Shown: positions 12,896-27,636, numbered from the whole stretch's first letter. The stretch: DNA of 63,878 nt, filler included, from Welwitschia mirabilis (GCA_051453625.1; 4 parts of one record of this genome joined end to end with filler, not necessarily neighbours in it); one strand, 5' to 3'. Made by a program: numbers and translations. Notes: a model not told the origin generated them from the letters alone.

Positions 12896-13419
12896 TAGCC
12901 CCTCCTTTAGCCTTATTAGTCCCTCACAAGACCAGTAGTAAACTACCTTTGCTAGCAAACTTATTAGATGATAAAATAACTAGGATACATAAAGAAACTA
13001 TCTCAAAAATATTTGCAAAAATGTCAGAGATAGAAAACTAAATTTTTGAAAAAAATCAAAAACACTGAACAAAATACCTATATAAGCTTAGCAATTGATT
13101 ATCCTAGTCATTATGTGGATGATGGAGGGGACAATAGGCTTAGAAAAAAGCTTTAAAATCTGGAATCTATGATGAAAGTTCATTTTCATAGATAATTAAT
13201 TAAACATAGTAAAGAGTCCCTCACTGAAATAAACAGTCAAAAACAAAATATTTTCTTAAGTACAAATAAATTCTCATAATAAAAATTAAAAGATAACCAT
13301 GTAAAATCAGAAAGAATTAAGTACACCATGCTAAAAAAAATTATATATCTATATAATAGTAGAAGACAATTCTTTAGTACAAAAAGTATAGAAGGGAAGA
13401 TACAAAATATAGCACAAAA

Positions 13420-14648
13420 TCACTCCCTTTATCTACGCATGATGAACTATGGTTCAACAGCTAGCTTAGGAGTAAGGAAAGAATAAGAAGGATGCTTAGG
13501 ATTTGCAGAGAGATTGACCTCTAGAGATATAATAATGGATTTGACTATTTCATCATCTTATACATGAAATGACTCTAGAATATTTATAGTCACACTCTAC
13601 TAAATAAAGACAATGCACTAATGCATGTTCACCATCTGGTCCTTTTGTACTATACTTTCCTCTCAATAAAGAGGATTCGCTGCTCAACTATTTGCTCAAA
13701 GGTCTGAATCATCTGATCGAGTGCCTGGATACCTATGTTAATGAAACCTCTAATGGTCTCTATGGTTTCAGCTAGAAGAGCCTAAATGTACTCTAGGAAA
13801 GCTTTAACCATAGGTCTCTATACCTCTCCTAGTATTTGTATACTCATGTCCTATAGGTAGCAAGTAGAAATCTAAATGTATAAGATGTGCTACTCATCCA
13901 TGAGCTCTAGTATCCTAAATCATCTAAAAATAACTTAGAAGAGACATGGATATTCAAGTGTTTATAAGTATCATGCCTCTATCATGAATCTGAGTCTCCT
14001 CCAAATAAAATTGAGTAAGTCCATCTACTCTCCCTAACAAAAAGCTACCAGAATTTGTAAATATGCCATCATAGCATGACTATCATTAAATAATGAAATC
14101 TCTATAGGCAAGAATCAATTAGATAACATTTATTCCCTATCGATCTATGGTCAAGTCAGCTAGTATGTCTAGTATGAAGTAATAGGCTTGATGCTCCTAT
14201 ATCCCACTAGCTGAATGGATATGCATGCTTCCAAGCCCTCTAAGATTTATAATAACTACAATGTGGGATGGGAGAATAGTTATCTCATGGTCTCATATGA
14301 AAGCAACAATCATATCCTGAATCTGACCATAAGCGTCAGGTTTCCTTTCTATATGCATGGTATCATAGAAATCTCTTGTCTTTGATGCATAATAAGAATC
14401 ATACATATCCATGATCTATTAGAGCCATAAATCTATTAATTTCTAAACTACATCTAGCTCTATATAGTGCATAAACTCTCCGAATTCTTCTTAACATGGA
14501 TACTAACAGTCTGAATGCTCAAGGATCATCCATGTGAGGTGGCAGATGCATGGGCTCTGAATGCTTTATTTTAGAATCAATTAAAGGGCCTTCCTTCTAC
14601 TCTATAGGCTTAGCTATAGCCTTAGCCTATTTATCTCTATATGTACAT
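13420..14648 (-). pseudogene. Extra 3' ORF (env-like position) of Athila-like copy B
   Basis: Reads DMYDSYYASKTRDFYDTMHIERKPDAYGQIQDMIVAFI*DHEITILPSHI, resembling the YxxxxREFY...VRGxxIxITP pattern of plant retrotransposon extra ORFs; stops explicable as C>T. Confidence 0.65.
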
Positions 14649-17576
14649 AACCTACTCAATTGAAAACACAAAATTGTCATGTGAAAACAGATAGACTAGT
14701 CAAAACATCGGATGGATTGACAATAATAACCCCTACAATTGATGAAAAACTAGAAAAAATATTGAAAATATGTCCTACCTTCAAAAAGATGTAATTATCC
14801 TGAATTTTTCAAATGTGAGAAGAAAAATGGAGATAAATGTGAAAAGTGCGAAAACTGAATATCTAGTGGGCCCCAAATGAAGTAAAAATTTAAAGTGCTC
14901 AAATGAAAATCTAATCTTACAAAGTCATAGAACATGTTAAACTAATCAATTTTTCCTAAAGGATTAATATTATTTGACCTACAATTTACAAGCAGTGAAG
15001 TGCAGAAGATGAGAACTCAAAAATACCTTATAATACATAAAAATGATCATAACTCAAAAAATACGCAGTGAAATTTAAATTCGTAAGTCCCAGAATAAAG
15101 ACCATAAAAACCTAAATCATATATGTGAAAACTACATGTAGAAAGGCTGAAAAATGTCAAAAAAAGTGAAAAAAAGGAGGAGAAAGAAACATACCTCATT
15201 TTTGTAAATCTGATAAAATCTCGCAAATCTGGTAACGAAATTGAGTGGGAGAAGTCCTAAAATGATGGTACTAGCTAAAGGAATCATCATTTCTTAAAGG
15301 AACAAATGAAAATGATGAAAAAATAAGAGAAAATGAGAAAAAAGAATTTTAACCACGGTTTTATTGCACTATTATCTAGTCACATCATTTGGATGGTGGC
15401 CTTAGGATGACTCTTAGAAAAAATCAGACTATAATCTGCTTAGTATCATCTAAATGATTAGGTGGATAATGGGGCATCAAAAAGTTTTTAAGAAAGAAAA
15501 ATATCAGCCATAAAAGTTAGGCTCAGATATCATCGTTTAAGTGAAAGTTCTCAAAATAAAAAGATTAAAAAATAGAAAATCACATATAAAACCAAAAAAA
15601 AGCAGGAAAACAAAAGGGAAAAAAGTAAGAACACATAAAATAAAAAAATATGGTTAAAGAAAATAGACTATCTAGATTAAAACCTATAATAAAAACTACA
15701 TAAATGTACCCAAATAGAAAATAAAAGCATGGTAGACTTAGAACTCGATAACCTATAAGGAAACTCATAAAGACTTAGAAATGGAAAGATATTCTTTTAA
15801 AAGTTTTGCAAATGATTTATTAGAAAAATGATTTAACATAATTGAATAGCAAGAAAACTATTAAATGATTAAGGTCCTATAAAAGAATAAGAAAATGCAT
15901 AGATGACTTTGAAATCTGAAACTCAAAAACTGAAAAAAAAAGTAAAAATGGACACAAGGAACAATGAGAAGATTGTTTACCTATCCTAAGTACTAACCTA
16001 GCAATCTCCTAAGGGAAAAATCATAACATCATTTAAGTAAATATGCATGATGAAATGTATTAACTTCATAAAGTTCACTCAAAAAGGTAGTGGTTATAGC
16101 AATAGTTAAAGCTTTAAGTGTATAGAATAATAAATACCAAAATTAAAAGTTACTTAAAAAGGAACTCACTTGCTCTTACCTCATAAACTCATCTGAATAT
16201 CTAAAAATGAAATGATTAAGTGGAAATAATAAGAGTTTAGAAAACAAGTAATGCCTTTAATAACACAAAAATACCACTAATCCCTAACCTCAAAGTTTAT
16301 TTATTTTTCTATGATGATGAGAGTGCAATCACTATCAGAGAAGTAAAGACCCATAAAGCATGGTCAACTAACCCCCCAGTGGAGTTCCCACAAGTACCAA
16401 CACTGTCAAAGGTTTCTTTTGAAAATATTTACTCTAGTGTGGCAGAACATCATGGTGATCATGCATTTTCTTTAAAGCACAAAATACAATAGCCTATGAT
16501 TACTATTTTTATCTCTTTCTTTTATAAATTTTTTTATCATTATTTTTAAAAAATTTTGACATGATCACAAACTCAATAAAGATGAAGGTGAATAAGTGAG
16601 ATAAAAGATAGAAAAGAAAACTTCCAAATAATTCAAGACTTTAATACTATTTAAAAAACATAAGAAACAAAGGCATATTCCTTTAAATGAAGTCTATAGA
16701 CATGGAAATGTTTTAAGATTGGGTGAATCCAATCTTAGCACTTGTAAATGTCCAAGTATAAAACTAATTATGAAAGTTCATAAGGTAATACACAAGTCAA
16801 GTTTGAAAAATTATCAGGTAACATCATAATATTTAATCAAGGAAGTAAGCTAAAAAATAACTCAGATAATGATAAGGAGAAATTCCTCCTCATCGAGGGG
16901 AACCTCCAAAACAATTGCTTCTACCATGTTTACTATTGTATCTAAAGATCCCTCATATAATTCCACCATTATCCATTAACTTTCTGAATCTCTCTAGTCT
17001 CTAAATCTAAAATTTTAACTAAGCCATTAAGATGTACTTTCTCTATAAGATAATGATCTAATCATTTAGAGATCAACTTATCATTCAAAAGATGAGCTCT
17101 AGTATTATATAATAAGACAAGTTAACTAGGTTCAAACTCTTTATGGAAAATATTGATATCATGTTTGAACTTTGCTTGGGCTTTATGGATTAATTGACGA
17201 TGTATAGCACAAGTTCTTTTTTCATTAAAATGATCTAACTAGGCTAATCTATATTTAATATTTTTATTAAAATCTATAAGATTAAGTTGCTAAGATGCAT
17301 GATAAGAATTATAATATACATCAACTAATAACATACATACTTTAATGTATACAATATCATAAGGTAAAAAACCAAGAGAAGTACACCAAGTAGTATGGTA
17401 ATCTCAAAGTACATTATTAAGCTTAGAAGCCCAAAACTTTTTATTAATAAAGACAATTTTTTAGAGCAGTTTCTTTNNNNNNNNNNNNNNNNNNNNNNNN
17501 NNNNNNNNNNNNNNNNNNNNNNNNNNNNNNNNNNNNNNNNNNNNNNNNNNNNNNNNNNNNNNNNNNNNNNNNNNNN

Positions 17577-18698
17577 AACTTTAGAATATCTACAGTCACA
17601 CTCTACTGAATAGAGACAATGCACTAACGCATATCTATCATCTAATTCTCAATGTGTTGTACTCTCCTCTTGATAGATAGGATTTACTATTTAACTAACT
17701 GCTCAAAGGTGTAGATCCTCTAATTAAGTGTCCAAATACTTGTGTTAATGAAACCTCTGATGGTCTCGATGGTCTCAGCTATAAGATCCTGAATCTGCTC
17801 TAGGAAAACTTCAATTATAGTCTCTATACCTAAGTTCTCTCTGTCTCTCTTGGTACCTGTATACCCATGTCTTGTAAATAGCAAGCAGAAGTCTAAATAT
17901 ATGAAATATGCTACTCACTCATAGGATCTAATATTTCAATTCAACTAAAAAGATTTGAGAGGAGGCATGAATAACCGAGTGTCTATAAATATCATGCCTC
18001 TATCATAGACCTGAGTCTTCTCTAGATAAAAGTGGATAAGTTCATCTTCTCCCCTTAATAAAAAGCTATGAGAATCTATAAATGTGTCATCAAGGCATGA
18101 CTATTATAAAATGATGAACTAATATTATGAAATAGTCCTCTATGCAAAAATCTATAGGCAGGAGTCAACTGGGTAATATTTATCCCCCGTCGATCTGTAG
18201 TCAGGTCAGCTGGTATATCTAGTATGGTATCATAGGCTCAACGCCCCTTTGTCCCATCATCTGAATAGATATGCATACTTCCAAACCCTTCAAGATCTGT
18301 AATAAGTACAATATGGGATGGAAGAATAACTATCTCATGATCTTGATCAAGGTAACAATCATATCCTAAAGTTGACCATAAGCGTCAGATCTCCTCTCTA
18401 TATGCATGGTGTCATAAAATTCTCTCATCTTTAATGCATAATATGAATCATGCACATCTGTGATTTATCTAAGCCATAAATCTATTAATATATAATTTAC
18501 CTTTGGCTCTATATGGCACATGAAGTTTCTAAATATCACTCAACATAAATACTAACTGTCTGAATACTTAAAGACCATCTATATTGAGATGGTAAATGTG
18601 CAGGCTCCACATACTCTATCTCGAGCTCAACTAAAAAGCTTGCCTCCTACTCTATAGGCTCATCCATAGTCTTAACTTGTCTAGATCTATGCGTACAT
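17577..18698 (-). pseudogene. Extra 3' ORF of Athila-like copy C
   Basis: Frame from ATG 18698: MYA*I*TS*DYG*AYRVGGKLFS...IDLWLR*ITDVHDSYYALKMREFYDTMHIERRSDAYGQ; paralogous to 13570-14648. Confidence 0.65.
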
Positions 18699-20869
18699 GG
18701 CCTACTCAATTAAAAACACAAAATCGTTATGTGAAAACAAATAGATAAGTCAAAACATTGCATGAATGCACAATAATGACCTCTAAAATCGATGAAAAAC
18801 TAGCAAAAATACTAAAAATATTTCATTCCCCTTCTAAAAGATGTAATGCATCCGAATTGCCTAAATGTAAGAGAAAAATGGAGAAAATCATGAAAAGTGC
18901 AAAAACTGAATCTCTAATGAGTCCCACATGCAGTGAAAATTTAAAGTTCTTAAATGAAAAATATAATCTAGCAAAGTCATGAAACATGTCAAACTGATCA
19001 ATTTTTCCTAAAGAACCACTTCGGTTCGACCTACAGTTTGTAAGAAAATGAGTGCAAAAGGTAAAAACCTAAAAATACCTTATAATACACAAAAATGGTT
19101 ATAACTTGAAAAATACACAATGAAATTCATATACATAAGTTCAAAAATGAAGAGGGTGATAAACTAAACGATATACATGAAATATGCGCATTGAAAGGAT
19201 AAAAAATGAGAAAAAAAAGTGAAAAATAGGAGGAGAGAGAAACATACCTCATTTTTGTAAATCTAATAAAATATCATAGATCTAGCAACAAATTTGAGTG
19301 AGACAAGTCCTAAAATGCTAGTGCTAGTCAGAGGAGTCATCATCTCTCAAAAGAAAAAATGAAAATAATGAGAAAATGAGTAAAAAAAAATTTAATCTAT
19401 GGATTTATCGCACTGTCATACATTTGCATCATCCAGATGGTAGCCCTAGGATGACTCTAAGAAAAAATCATACTATCATTTGTCCAATGTTATCTAGATG
19501 ACCTAGTGGGTGATGAGGCATTAAAAAGATTTCTAAAAATAAAAAGATCAGCTAGAAAGGTTAAGCTTAGGTATAATTATTTAAGTGATAGTTCTAAAAA
19601 GAAAATATAGAAAACAAAAAATCACACAAAAAACCAAGGAAAAATAGGAAAACCAAAGGGACAAGAATAAACACACTCAAAGAAAAAAACTATGGCTGAA
19701 GCAAAACATTAAAAACTGCATGAATATACTTAAATAGAAAATAAAAGTATGGTAGAATTAGAACTTGATAACCTTCAAAGGAACTTATAAAGACTCTGAA
19801 AAGGAAAGATGTTCTTTTTAAAATTTTTGCAAATGTGTTTTTAGAAAAACATTTTATCATGATCAATTAGTAAGAAAACTATTAAATGATTCAAGTCCTA
19901 TGAAGGAATAAGAAAATGTAGAAGTAACTTTAAAATCTTAAATTCAAAAACCAAAGAAAGACAGAGTGAAAATGGACACAAGAAACAAGGAGAATATTGT
20001 TTACCTATCCTAAGTGCTAACCTAGCAAACTCCTAAGAAAAACATCATAACATCACTTAAATAAATATGTATGACAAAATGTATCAACTTCACAAAATTC
20101 ATTTGAAAAGGTAGTGGTTATGGTGATAGTCAAATCTTTAAGTGTATATAATCATGAAATGTCAAAAAATAAAAGTTACTTAGAAATGAACTCATCTTCT
20201 TTCATTCCATAAACTCACCTGAATCTTTAAAAGTGAAATGATCAAGTGGGAATACTAAGAGTCTAAGAAATAAGTAATGCCTCTAATAATACCATAAATA
20301 ACACTAATCCTTAATTGCAAAGTTTTATTTCTTTTTCCATAATGAGGGAAGTGCAAGCACTGTCAAAGAAGTAAGGACTCACGAAGCATGGCCAACTGAT
20401 GCTCTAGTGGAGTTCTCATAAGTACCAATACTACCAAAGGTTCCTTTTAGAAATATTTACTCTGGTATTATAAAACATCATGATGACCATTTATTTTTCT
20501 TTAAAGCACAAAATACAATAGCTCATGATCATTTTTTTTCCAGAAAAATTCCCATATGATCACACACTTAAAAAAGACGAAGGTGAATAAGTGAGATAAA
20601 CAATAAAAATGAATAATCTTAAACAACCCAAGACTTTAACACCATTATAAAAAATACAAGAAACTAAGGCATCTTTCTTCAAACGAAGTCCATAGATAGG
20701 GGAATGTCTCAAGATTGGGTGAATCTAATCTTACCACCAGTAAGTACCTAAGTATAAAACTAATCATGAAACTTTATAAAGTAATACATAAGTCAAGTGT
20801 GAAAAATGATTAAGTAATATCATAATATTTAACCAAAAGAGTAGGCTAAGAAAGATCTTAGACAATGAT

Positions 20870-23800
20870 AGAAAAGAAGTCCTCCTCACTAAGTGGAACC
20901 TCCAAATTAAGTACTTCTACCATGTTTAGTTTGTATCTAAAAATCCCTTATATAATTTCAACTGTTGCTCATTAATCTTCTAAATCTCTCTACTTTCTAA
21001 ATCTAAAATTTCAACTAAGCTATTAAGATGCACTTTCTCTATAAGATAAGGATCTAATCATTTAGAGGTCAACTTGTTATTCAAAACATGAACTCTAGTG
21101 TTATATAACAAGACAAGTTGACTGGGTTCAAACTTTTTATGAAAAATCTTTTTATCATGTTTGAACTTTACTTGGGCTTTATGAATTAAATGATGATGTA
21201 TAGCACTAGTTCTTTTTTTATCAAGATGATCTAATTGGGCTAATCCCTATTTAACGTTTTTATCAAATTCAACAAGATTAAGTTGATAAGATGCATAATG
21301 AGAATTGTAACATACATTAACTGGTAAGACATAAACTTTACTGTATATAAGTTTGTAAGGTGAAAAACTAAAAGAACTATGTCAAGTAGTATGGTAAGCC
21401 CAAATTACATCATTAATCTTAGAAGTCCAATACTTTTTATTAATAACAACAGGTTTTGAAAGCATTTTCTTTATTTCTCTGTTGACATTTTCAACTTGTC
21501 CATTCATTTGAGGATGATAAGCATAAGCTAATTTATTTTATATACCAATGGATAGAAGAAGTTTTTCAAAAAGTGCATTAATGAAATGAGTACCATAATC
21601 ACTAATGATAACTCTAGTAAAATCAAATCTTTAAAATTTATGAGTTTCAAGAAAATCATAAACAGTTTAGGCATCATTCAAAGAAGTAGGTATGGCTTTA
21701 ATTCATTTAGTCATGTAATCGGTAGTTACTAGAATGTAATTTTTATCAAAAGAAGGTAGATGAATAGGGCCTATGAAATTAATGCCCCAATAATCAAAAG
21801 GCTCACACTCAAGAATAGGTCTAAGGAGCATCTTTTATGAATGAAAAAGGCTATCATAACATTGATAAGAATCACACTTTTAATAAAATCAAATGTATCA
21901 CAAAAAATAGAAGGCTAGTAAAAACCAAAATGAAGGGTTTTAATCACATTTTTATTTCTACTAAAATGTCCTTCACAGATTCCACCATGATAAATATGAA
22001 GTACCTTAGGTATCTCCCAATTAGGCACACATTTTCTCATGATTTGGTCTTTGTACCTACAATAAAAATGTAGCTCGATCCACTCATAATCATTTATCAT
22101 ATGAAGAAAAGATTTACATTAGTTATAGTTCCAATGTTGTGGTGTTTTCATGGTTATAAGATAGTTCACAATGTCAGCATACTATAGAGGATGATGAAAA
22201 GAAGAGAGTAAAAACTTGCTTATCAGAAAAGGATCATCAATGATAGTATCATCTAGAGGAGAAGGAAGTTAAGACAAGTTATTAGCAATAGAATTATGAT
22301 TCCCTATTTTATCTATTATGGTCAAGTTAAAATATTGCATAAGAAGGATTTATCCAATCAAATAATCACTAGAATCTTTTTTGATCATAAGGTAATAAAT
22401 GGCAGAATGATCAGTGTAAACATTCATGTGAAAGCCTAAAAGATAATATCTAAGAAAATTAAGGTAAAAGATAATGGCTAGTATCTCTTTCTCTGTAGTG
22501 ATGTAGTTCATTTGAGCTCTAGACAAAGATTTACTATGGTAATATATAACTTTAAAATCATCCTTATACTTTTAATAAAGAATCCCATCCACAACAAAGT
22601 TACTCACATTAAACATAAGCTCAAAATCAAGTTTCCAATTAGGTCTTGTCACTATAAGAGCATAAGAAAATTTATGTTTATGCCTATTCAAAGAAAGTTG
22701 AAAAGATTCATTCTATTTAAATTTTACTTCTTTCTCTAGTAATGAGTGAAAGAGATTTATAAATAGAAGCATAATCTTGAATGAACCAATGGTAAAAACC
22801 ACAATGATTAAGAAAAGGTTAGATCTATTTAGTATTTATAGGAGGACTAAGATTTTGAATAATACCAACTTTACAAGCATCTATCCTAATCCCCTCCCAA
22901 GAGATATGGTGGCCTATAATAATGCCACTTTTTACAAGAAAAAGACTCATTTCCCAACTTAAGTGGAAGCCACTAAAAATGCAATAATCGAAGACTTTCT
23001 CTAAATGATCTAAGATTTATTCAAAAGTTTTAGCATAAATAGAGAAGACATCCATGAAAATCTCAATGGAATCCTCAAGTACATTAGAAAAGATACCCAT
23101 CATAACATGCTGAAAGGTATCAGAAGCATTACAAAGTCCAAAAGACATGCATCTAAAAGCGAAAGTACCAAAAAAAGAAGTGAAATTAGTTTTGACTTGG
23201 TCCTCTCTAGCAATGTAAGTTTGATTATGACTGCTATAACCATTAAGAAAATATTAAAAAGTATAACCCTAAATCCTATCAAGAATCTACTCAAGAAAAG
23301 GTAAAGGACAGTGGTCTTTTTTAGTTATCTCATTTAGTTTTCAAAAGTGTATGTACATATGCTATTTTCCACCTTTTCAGGAACTACCATTAAGGGACTA
23401 ACCACTCACTATTAGTAATGAAATAAATAATTTCAACTTCTATAAGTTTTATGATTTCATATTTTACAATTTATTTAAGGGCTAAATTAAGTCTACATTG
23501 AGGTTACCTCACAAGTTTAGAATTTTTTTAAGGTAGATCTTATGTTGGATAATAGAAGTGGGTATGACTATCAAATTGTTATGGAACCAAGTAAACACAT
23601 TTACCTTAGATTCCAGAAGAGAGATGAGACTTGATTCTTATTGAAGGATAAGGTTTTTCTTGATAATCAATGGTTTGTTTAGGTTACTATTTAGAAAAAT
23701 GTATTTTAGTACACTGTCTAAGGGTTCTAGGTCCAGATTTAGGCTTAGATTTTTAGTTTCTAGAAAATTCTCAAAAGAATAAATTGTCATCTCAGATTAT

Positions 23801-24560
23801 CTTCCTGACGTCAGTAGTGAACAACTGCTCTAAAAATAAGAAATATTAGATTTTTTAAATTCTTGGACTTCTGCACAGTTAACAGACTCAGGCTTACTAC
23901 TTTCTAGATAAGAAAACTCAGTTATCAGATGATCAAACTTAAGTTGATCATTAAGAACATACAAGTAGTTTACTTCTAATTTATCATCAAACAAGTTTCG
24001 TTTATGAAGCATGGACCGTCTTTTCTTTGGTGGACGATGCTGTAAAAATAGAGTTGGCCTAATTTCTTTTTCTAAATTTAAATTTTCTCCTAAATCTTTT
24101 TAGATGTATCAAACACTCTTATTGAAAATTATTTATTCTTAAAATGGCACTTTATCAATCTAGCTATTATATTTATGATACAGTGGGTTGCTGCACAGGA
24201 AGATCTATCTAGAAGTAAAGGATATATACCAAGGTGCTCAACTTTTAGAACAACTACATCAATGCGGTAGAAAGATTCTTCTATTTAAATGACCAATTCC
24301 TTGATTACACCTAACAGTTTCTTAATAGAAGTATCAGCTAACTCCAAGATAATGCATGTAGGTTCTATCCTTTCTTTCAAATCAAGATGTTGCCAAATTT
24401 TTAAGAGTATAATGTTGATACTAGCTTTAATATCTATCAAGACTTTCTTTATTCTATGATTTCTCTCTAAATTAACAATCACAGTTGCCACCCTTGGATC
24501 TTTAAACTTTGAACATTTTTTGCACATCAAATTTCTAATGGATTGAGCTAGGAAGACTTT
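20870..24560 (-). pseudogene. Gypsy pol relic (protease, RT, RNase H, integrase)
   Basis: PR VLIDIKASINII (24285-24530); RT KKDHCPLPFLE and EIFMDVFS (~23050); RH YITTEKEILAIIF and YTDHSAI; INT HGGICEGHF, PFDYWGINFIGP, AYHPQMNGQVE. Confidence 0.9.
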
Positions 24561-24959
24561 TCTAAGGATGGTTTGTTTTTGTTTTCTTCTTATTAACTCT
24601 TTCCATAGCTTAAAATATCTTGAATTTTCTTGTAAAAGTTTTTAAAAGGATAAGTTGATGCTCAAGTTTTGTATCAAGGCTTTAAGATAATTATCAAAAA
24701 TAGGATTTGTATTAAGCCTATTAAGCCATGTAGTAGCAGGTTACTTTTGTGAGTGATCTTTCTTTTTCTTTCTTAATGAAGAAGGGAAAAAATGGTTTTC
24801 TAATATTTTTATGTCCTATTCCATATTATTCTTATCACTTTGTGATGTTGAAGCCTTATATTTAGGAAAAATTATATCATTTACACTTCTTTTCACCATC
24901 TTATAATCTTTTCTTACTTCGTTAGGGTTTAGTAAAGGTTGAGTGGCAAGATACCCTTA

Positions 24960-26459
24960 TGGTCTTTAGTTGGCAAGCATAGTTTATTATAGAATGCTCA
25001 CAAGGTTTTCTATGTTGGTGTTTGTATTTTCTTGTATTTTTTCTAACTCCTCAATGGAATTCCTAAGGGGATCACTATGGTTTTGGGAGTTAGATATGCT
25101 TGCAAAGTTGTTTAAGTTGTTGGATTGAAAGTTTAATCTCTTAAATATGTTTCTAAAAGGTTGGAAATTAGGATTTTGGGTTTGAAAATTTTTAGAACTT
25201 GGTTGTTCACTCATCCTATGTTGAAAGTTGTTATGATTTTGGACTTATCTTTGGTTGTGATTTTGGTTGTACTTCAAAGATATTTGGTTAAAGGTACAAA
25301 CTTCCTCATAGATTTTCTCATTATAGGTAGTAAGAAAGGGACAATATTTTGTAATATAATAGTTATCTTCACATAAATCATAGGTTAGAACTAGTCTTCT
25401 CATTGCTATCTTAGCATCAAGGATCATTTGGGTGTATTTCTTTAAAGTAGAGGTAAAATATTTACTAACATCAGTTGGTTTACTTTCAGTCCTTATTTAG
25501 TTTTTCTCATGTTTTACCTCTTTTATATATTTAACGATTTGGACTATAGTTTGGTTTTTGCTAGGTGAGGGTTTAGCCATGCTTGATTTACTTCTACCAA
25601 ATTTTCTAATACTTTCTAGGCATCATCTATGATTTAGTTTAATACGTTGCCTTCACAAGAAAATATACAAGTTTCTTTGTGTAATTGTTCAATATACTAT
25701 TAAAATATTTAACTAGTTTTACCTATAAAAAGGCATCTACAGGATTCAAATGTAAAGCAATGAAGATTATCTTATAGGTAGATGCATAATCTTCATTAGA
25801 CATTTGGTGGAAGTTGGTAACTTCTTTTTTATACTTCTATATGGTGATTTCACTTATGAATCTCTTAAGGAAGGCTTTCTAAACTTGACTTTAAGATTTT
25901 AGACTTTTGTGGGGGATCGTTCTAAGCTATAGTTTTGCTTTATCTCTTAAATTGATGGGGAAGATGACCATGTAGATTATAGCACTTATACATTTTTGAC
26001 CATTTCCAAAAGTGAGGATAAGTTGTTCTATATCGATAATGTGTTGTAAAGGATCTTCATCATATTCTTCACTAAAGGTAAGATAAGCATTTATATTACG
26101 GAGTTATACATCATCACCAAGAGGTAAGTCAAAAGGAGTTTGAATTTTGCATTTCTTATTTACTATAAGATCTATAAGAGTGACATGAGTATTAGTATAA
26201 AAAGAAGTGATAATAGGAGTTCTAATAATAAGGGATGAATTTGGTGAGATAAGTTGTTTAAGATTTTGAGTTGAGGTATACATGGTAGAAAAATCAGACT
26301 CTACAGAAATACAAGTAAAAATTATAGGAATTTCATAATCTTGTGTACCTTCACTGTTTTTACTTGTTTTAATTTCTAAATTTATCATACCTTCTCTGAT
26401 ATTTTTAGCAATCGATAGCTGCTCTCTCTAGTATTTTTCTTCTTACTAGATTTAACCAT
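24960..26459 (-). pseudogene. Gypsy gag relic
   Basis: EDPLQHIIDIEQL...IFPINLRDKAK..LRTIP...KAFLKRF retrotrans_gag-like motifs, followed by an N/Q-rich region. Confidence 0.75.
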
Positions 26460-26913
26460 TTATGCTTAATCTTAAATGTGTAAAGTACCATTCCTATCAT
26501 TGTTCATATGATAGCTAGATGACAAAAACATAGAAACCACAAGAAAGGAAAAAGTATAAAACAGAAATAAAATACTACATCTAACAGAAAAGTTAGAAAA
26601 TAATTGTCATCCATTGATTCATCTATACGACAAAGAAATGATGGGATAAAACCCTAAAAATTTTAATAGAAAAATAACATAAAAACTCATGGTACAGAGG
26701 CTGTCATCACCATCCATCATCTAGACAATGAAGTGGACAACTAAATTTTATTGTGGAATAGAAAAGTAAAATTTATTTTGAAAAACAAAAAATTGATTTT
26801 GTAAAAAGGAAAAAACCTATACTGCTATAGATAATGGTACACCACTACTGCAATAAGCATCTAAATCAAAATACTTACCGAAGCAATGAAAACTCTCAAA
26901 CTCTAAGTAGCCT

Positions 26914-26931
26914 TCCCTGATAATGGCACCA
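26914..26931 (-). promoter_or_regulatory. Primer-binding site, Athila-type (tRNA-Asp), decayed
   Basis: Minus strand TGGTGCCATTATCAGGGA differs from TGGCGCCGTTGCCGGGGA only by C>T/G>A transitions; 3 nt from the LTR end. Confidence 0.8.
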
Positions 26932-26934
26932 AGA

Positions 26935-27636
26935 TTTTGCATTTCATGTTTATGTAATGTTTACATCTTGATTAGAATTCTATTAATGAAAATCTATAAA
27001 CACAACACACTAATATAGATGAGAGTTAACCTAAGTGTCATAATCCATCAAAGGCCAAAGTAGAAAATAAGAGAGTTTCTTTCAAAAAAGAAATGCTTGT
27101 ATCTTGATCTATAGAAATCACTTGCAATACATAAAAGAAAGGTAAAACATACTCATGCAAAGCTAATCTAGAAAAAAGAAATAACCATGTACTTAAACTA
27201 AATTAACCAAGCAAATCCTTGACAAAGGTTGTTCTTATAACCTATATCATAAGAGAAACTATCATTCGATCTTAAGCAACATAAGTTATGAGGAAGAGAT
27301 ACATTCACACATTGAAGCATAAAAAGAAAATGTTTTGTATTAAGAATAAAACTACATCTATGTTATAAAGTAGCCACACCTTAATGGAGAAAATAACACC
27401 CAATACCAAGGAAACATTTCTCTAAAACTAAAAAATGGATCTGTGGCCCTTTGACCTCGTGTCATAAGAATTTTAAGTGTAAACAAAGATAAGTAAGAGT
27501 GGAGGATGAGATCTCTATTTATTGACTAAAAACACATAATAGCAAAGATAGAAAGAAACAGGTAAATCATATCGGCTATGTAAAGAGGAAACAAAAATAT
27601 AAGTAGTAAAAGTTTGATGAATGTTTAGTATAGATG
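26935..27636 (-). repeat. Athila-like 5' LTR (3' portion)
   Basis: Collinear with 11802-12510. Confidence 0.82.

Larger units (their letters stand above)
11802..17476 (-). mobile_element. Athila-like gypsy copy B (integrase end, 3' region with extra ORF, PPT, 3' LTR)
   Basis: 3' LTR 11802-12895, PPT ggctaaaggaggggc beside it, extra ORF, integrase C-terminus 16860-17476. Inserted into the integrase of relic A. Confidence 0.82.
17577..27636 (-). mobile_element. Athila-like gypsy copy C (5' LTR, PBS, gag, PR, RT, RH, INT, extra ORF)
   Basis: Gypsy domain order on the minus strand with tRNA-Asp-type PBS; 3' end lost in gap 17477-17576; 5' LTR interrupted at 27637. Confidence 0.88.
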
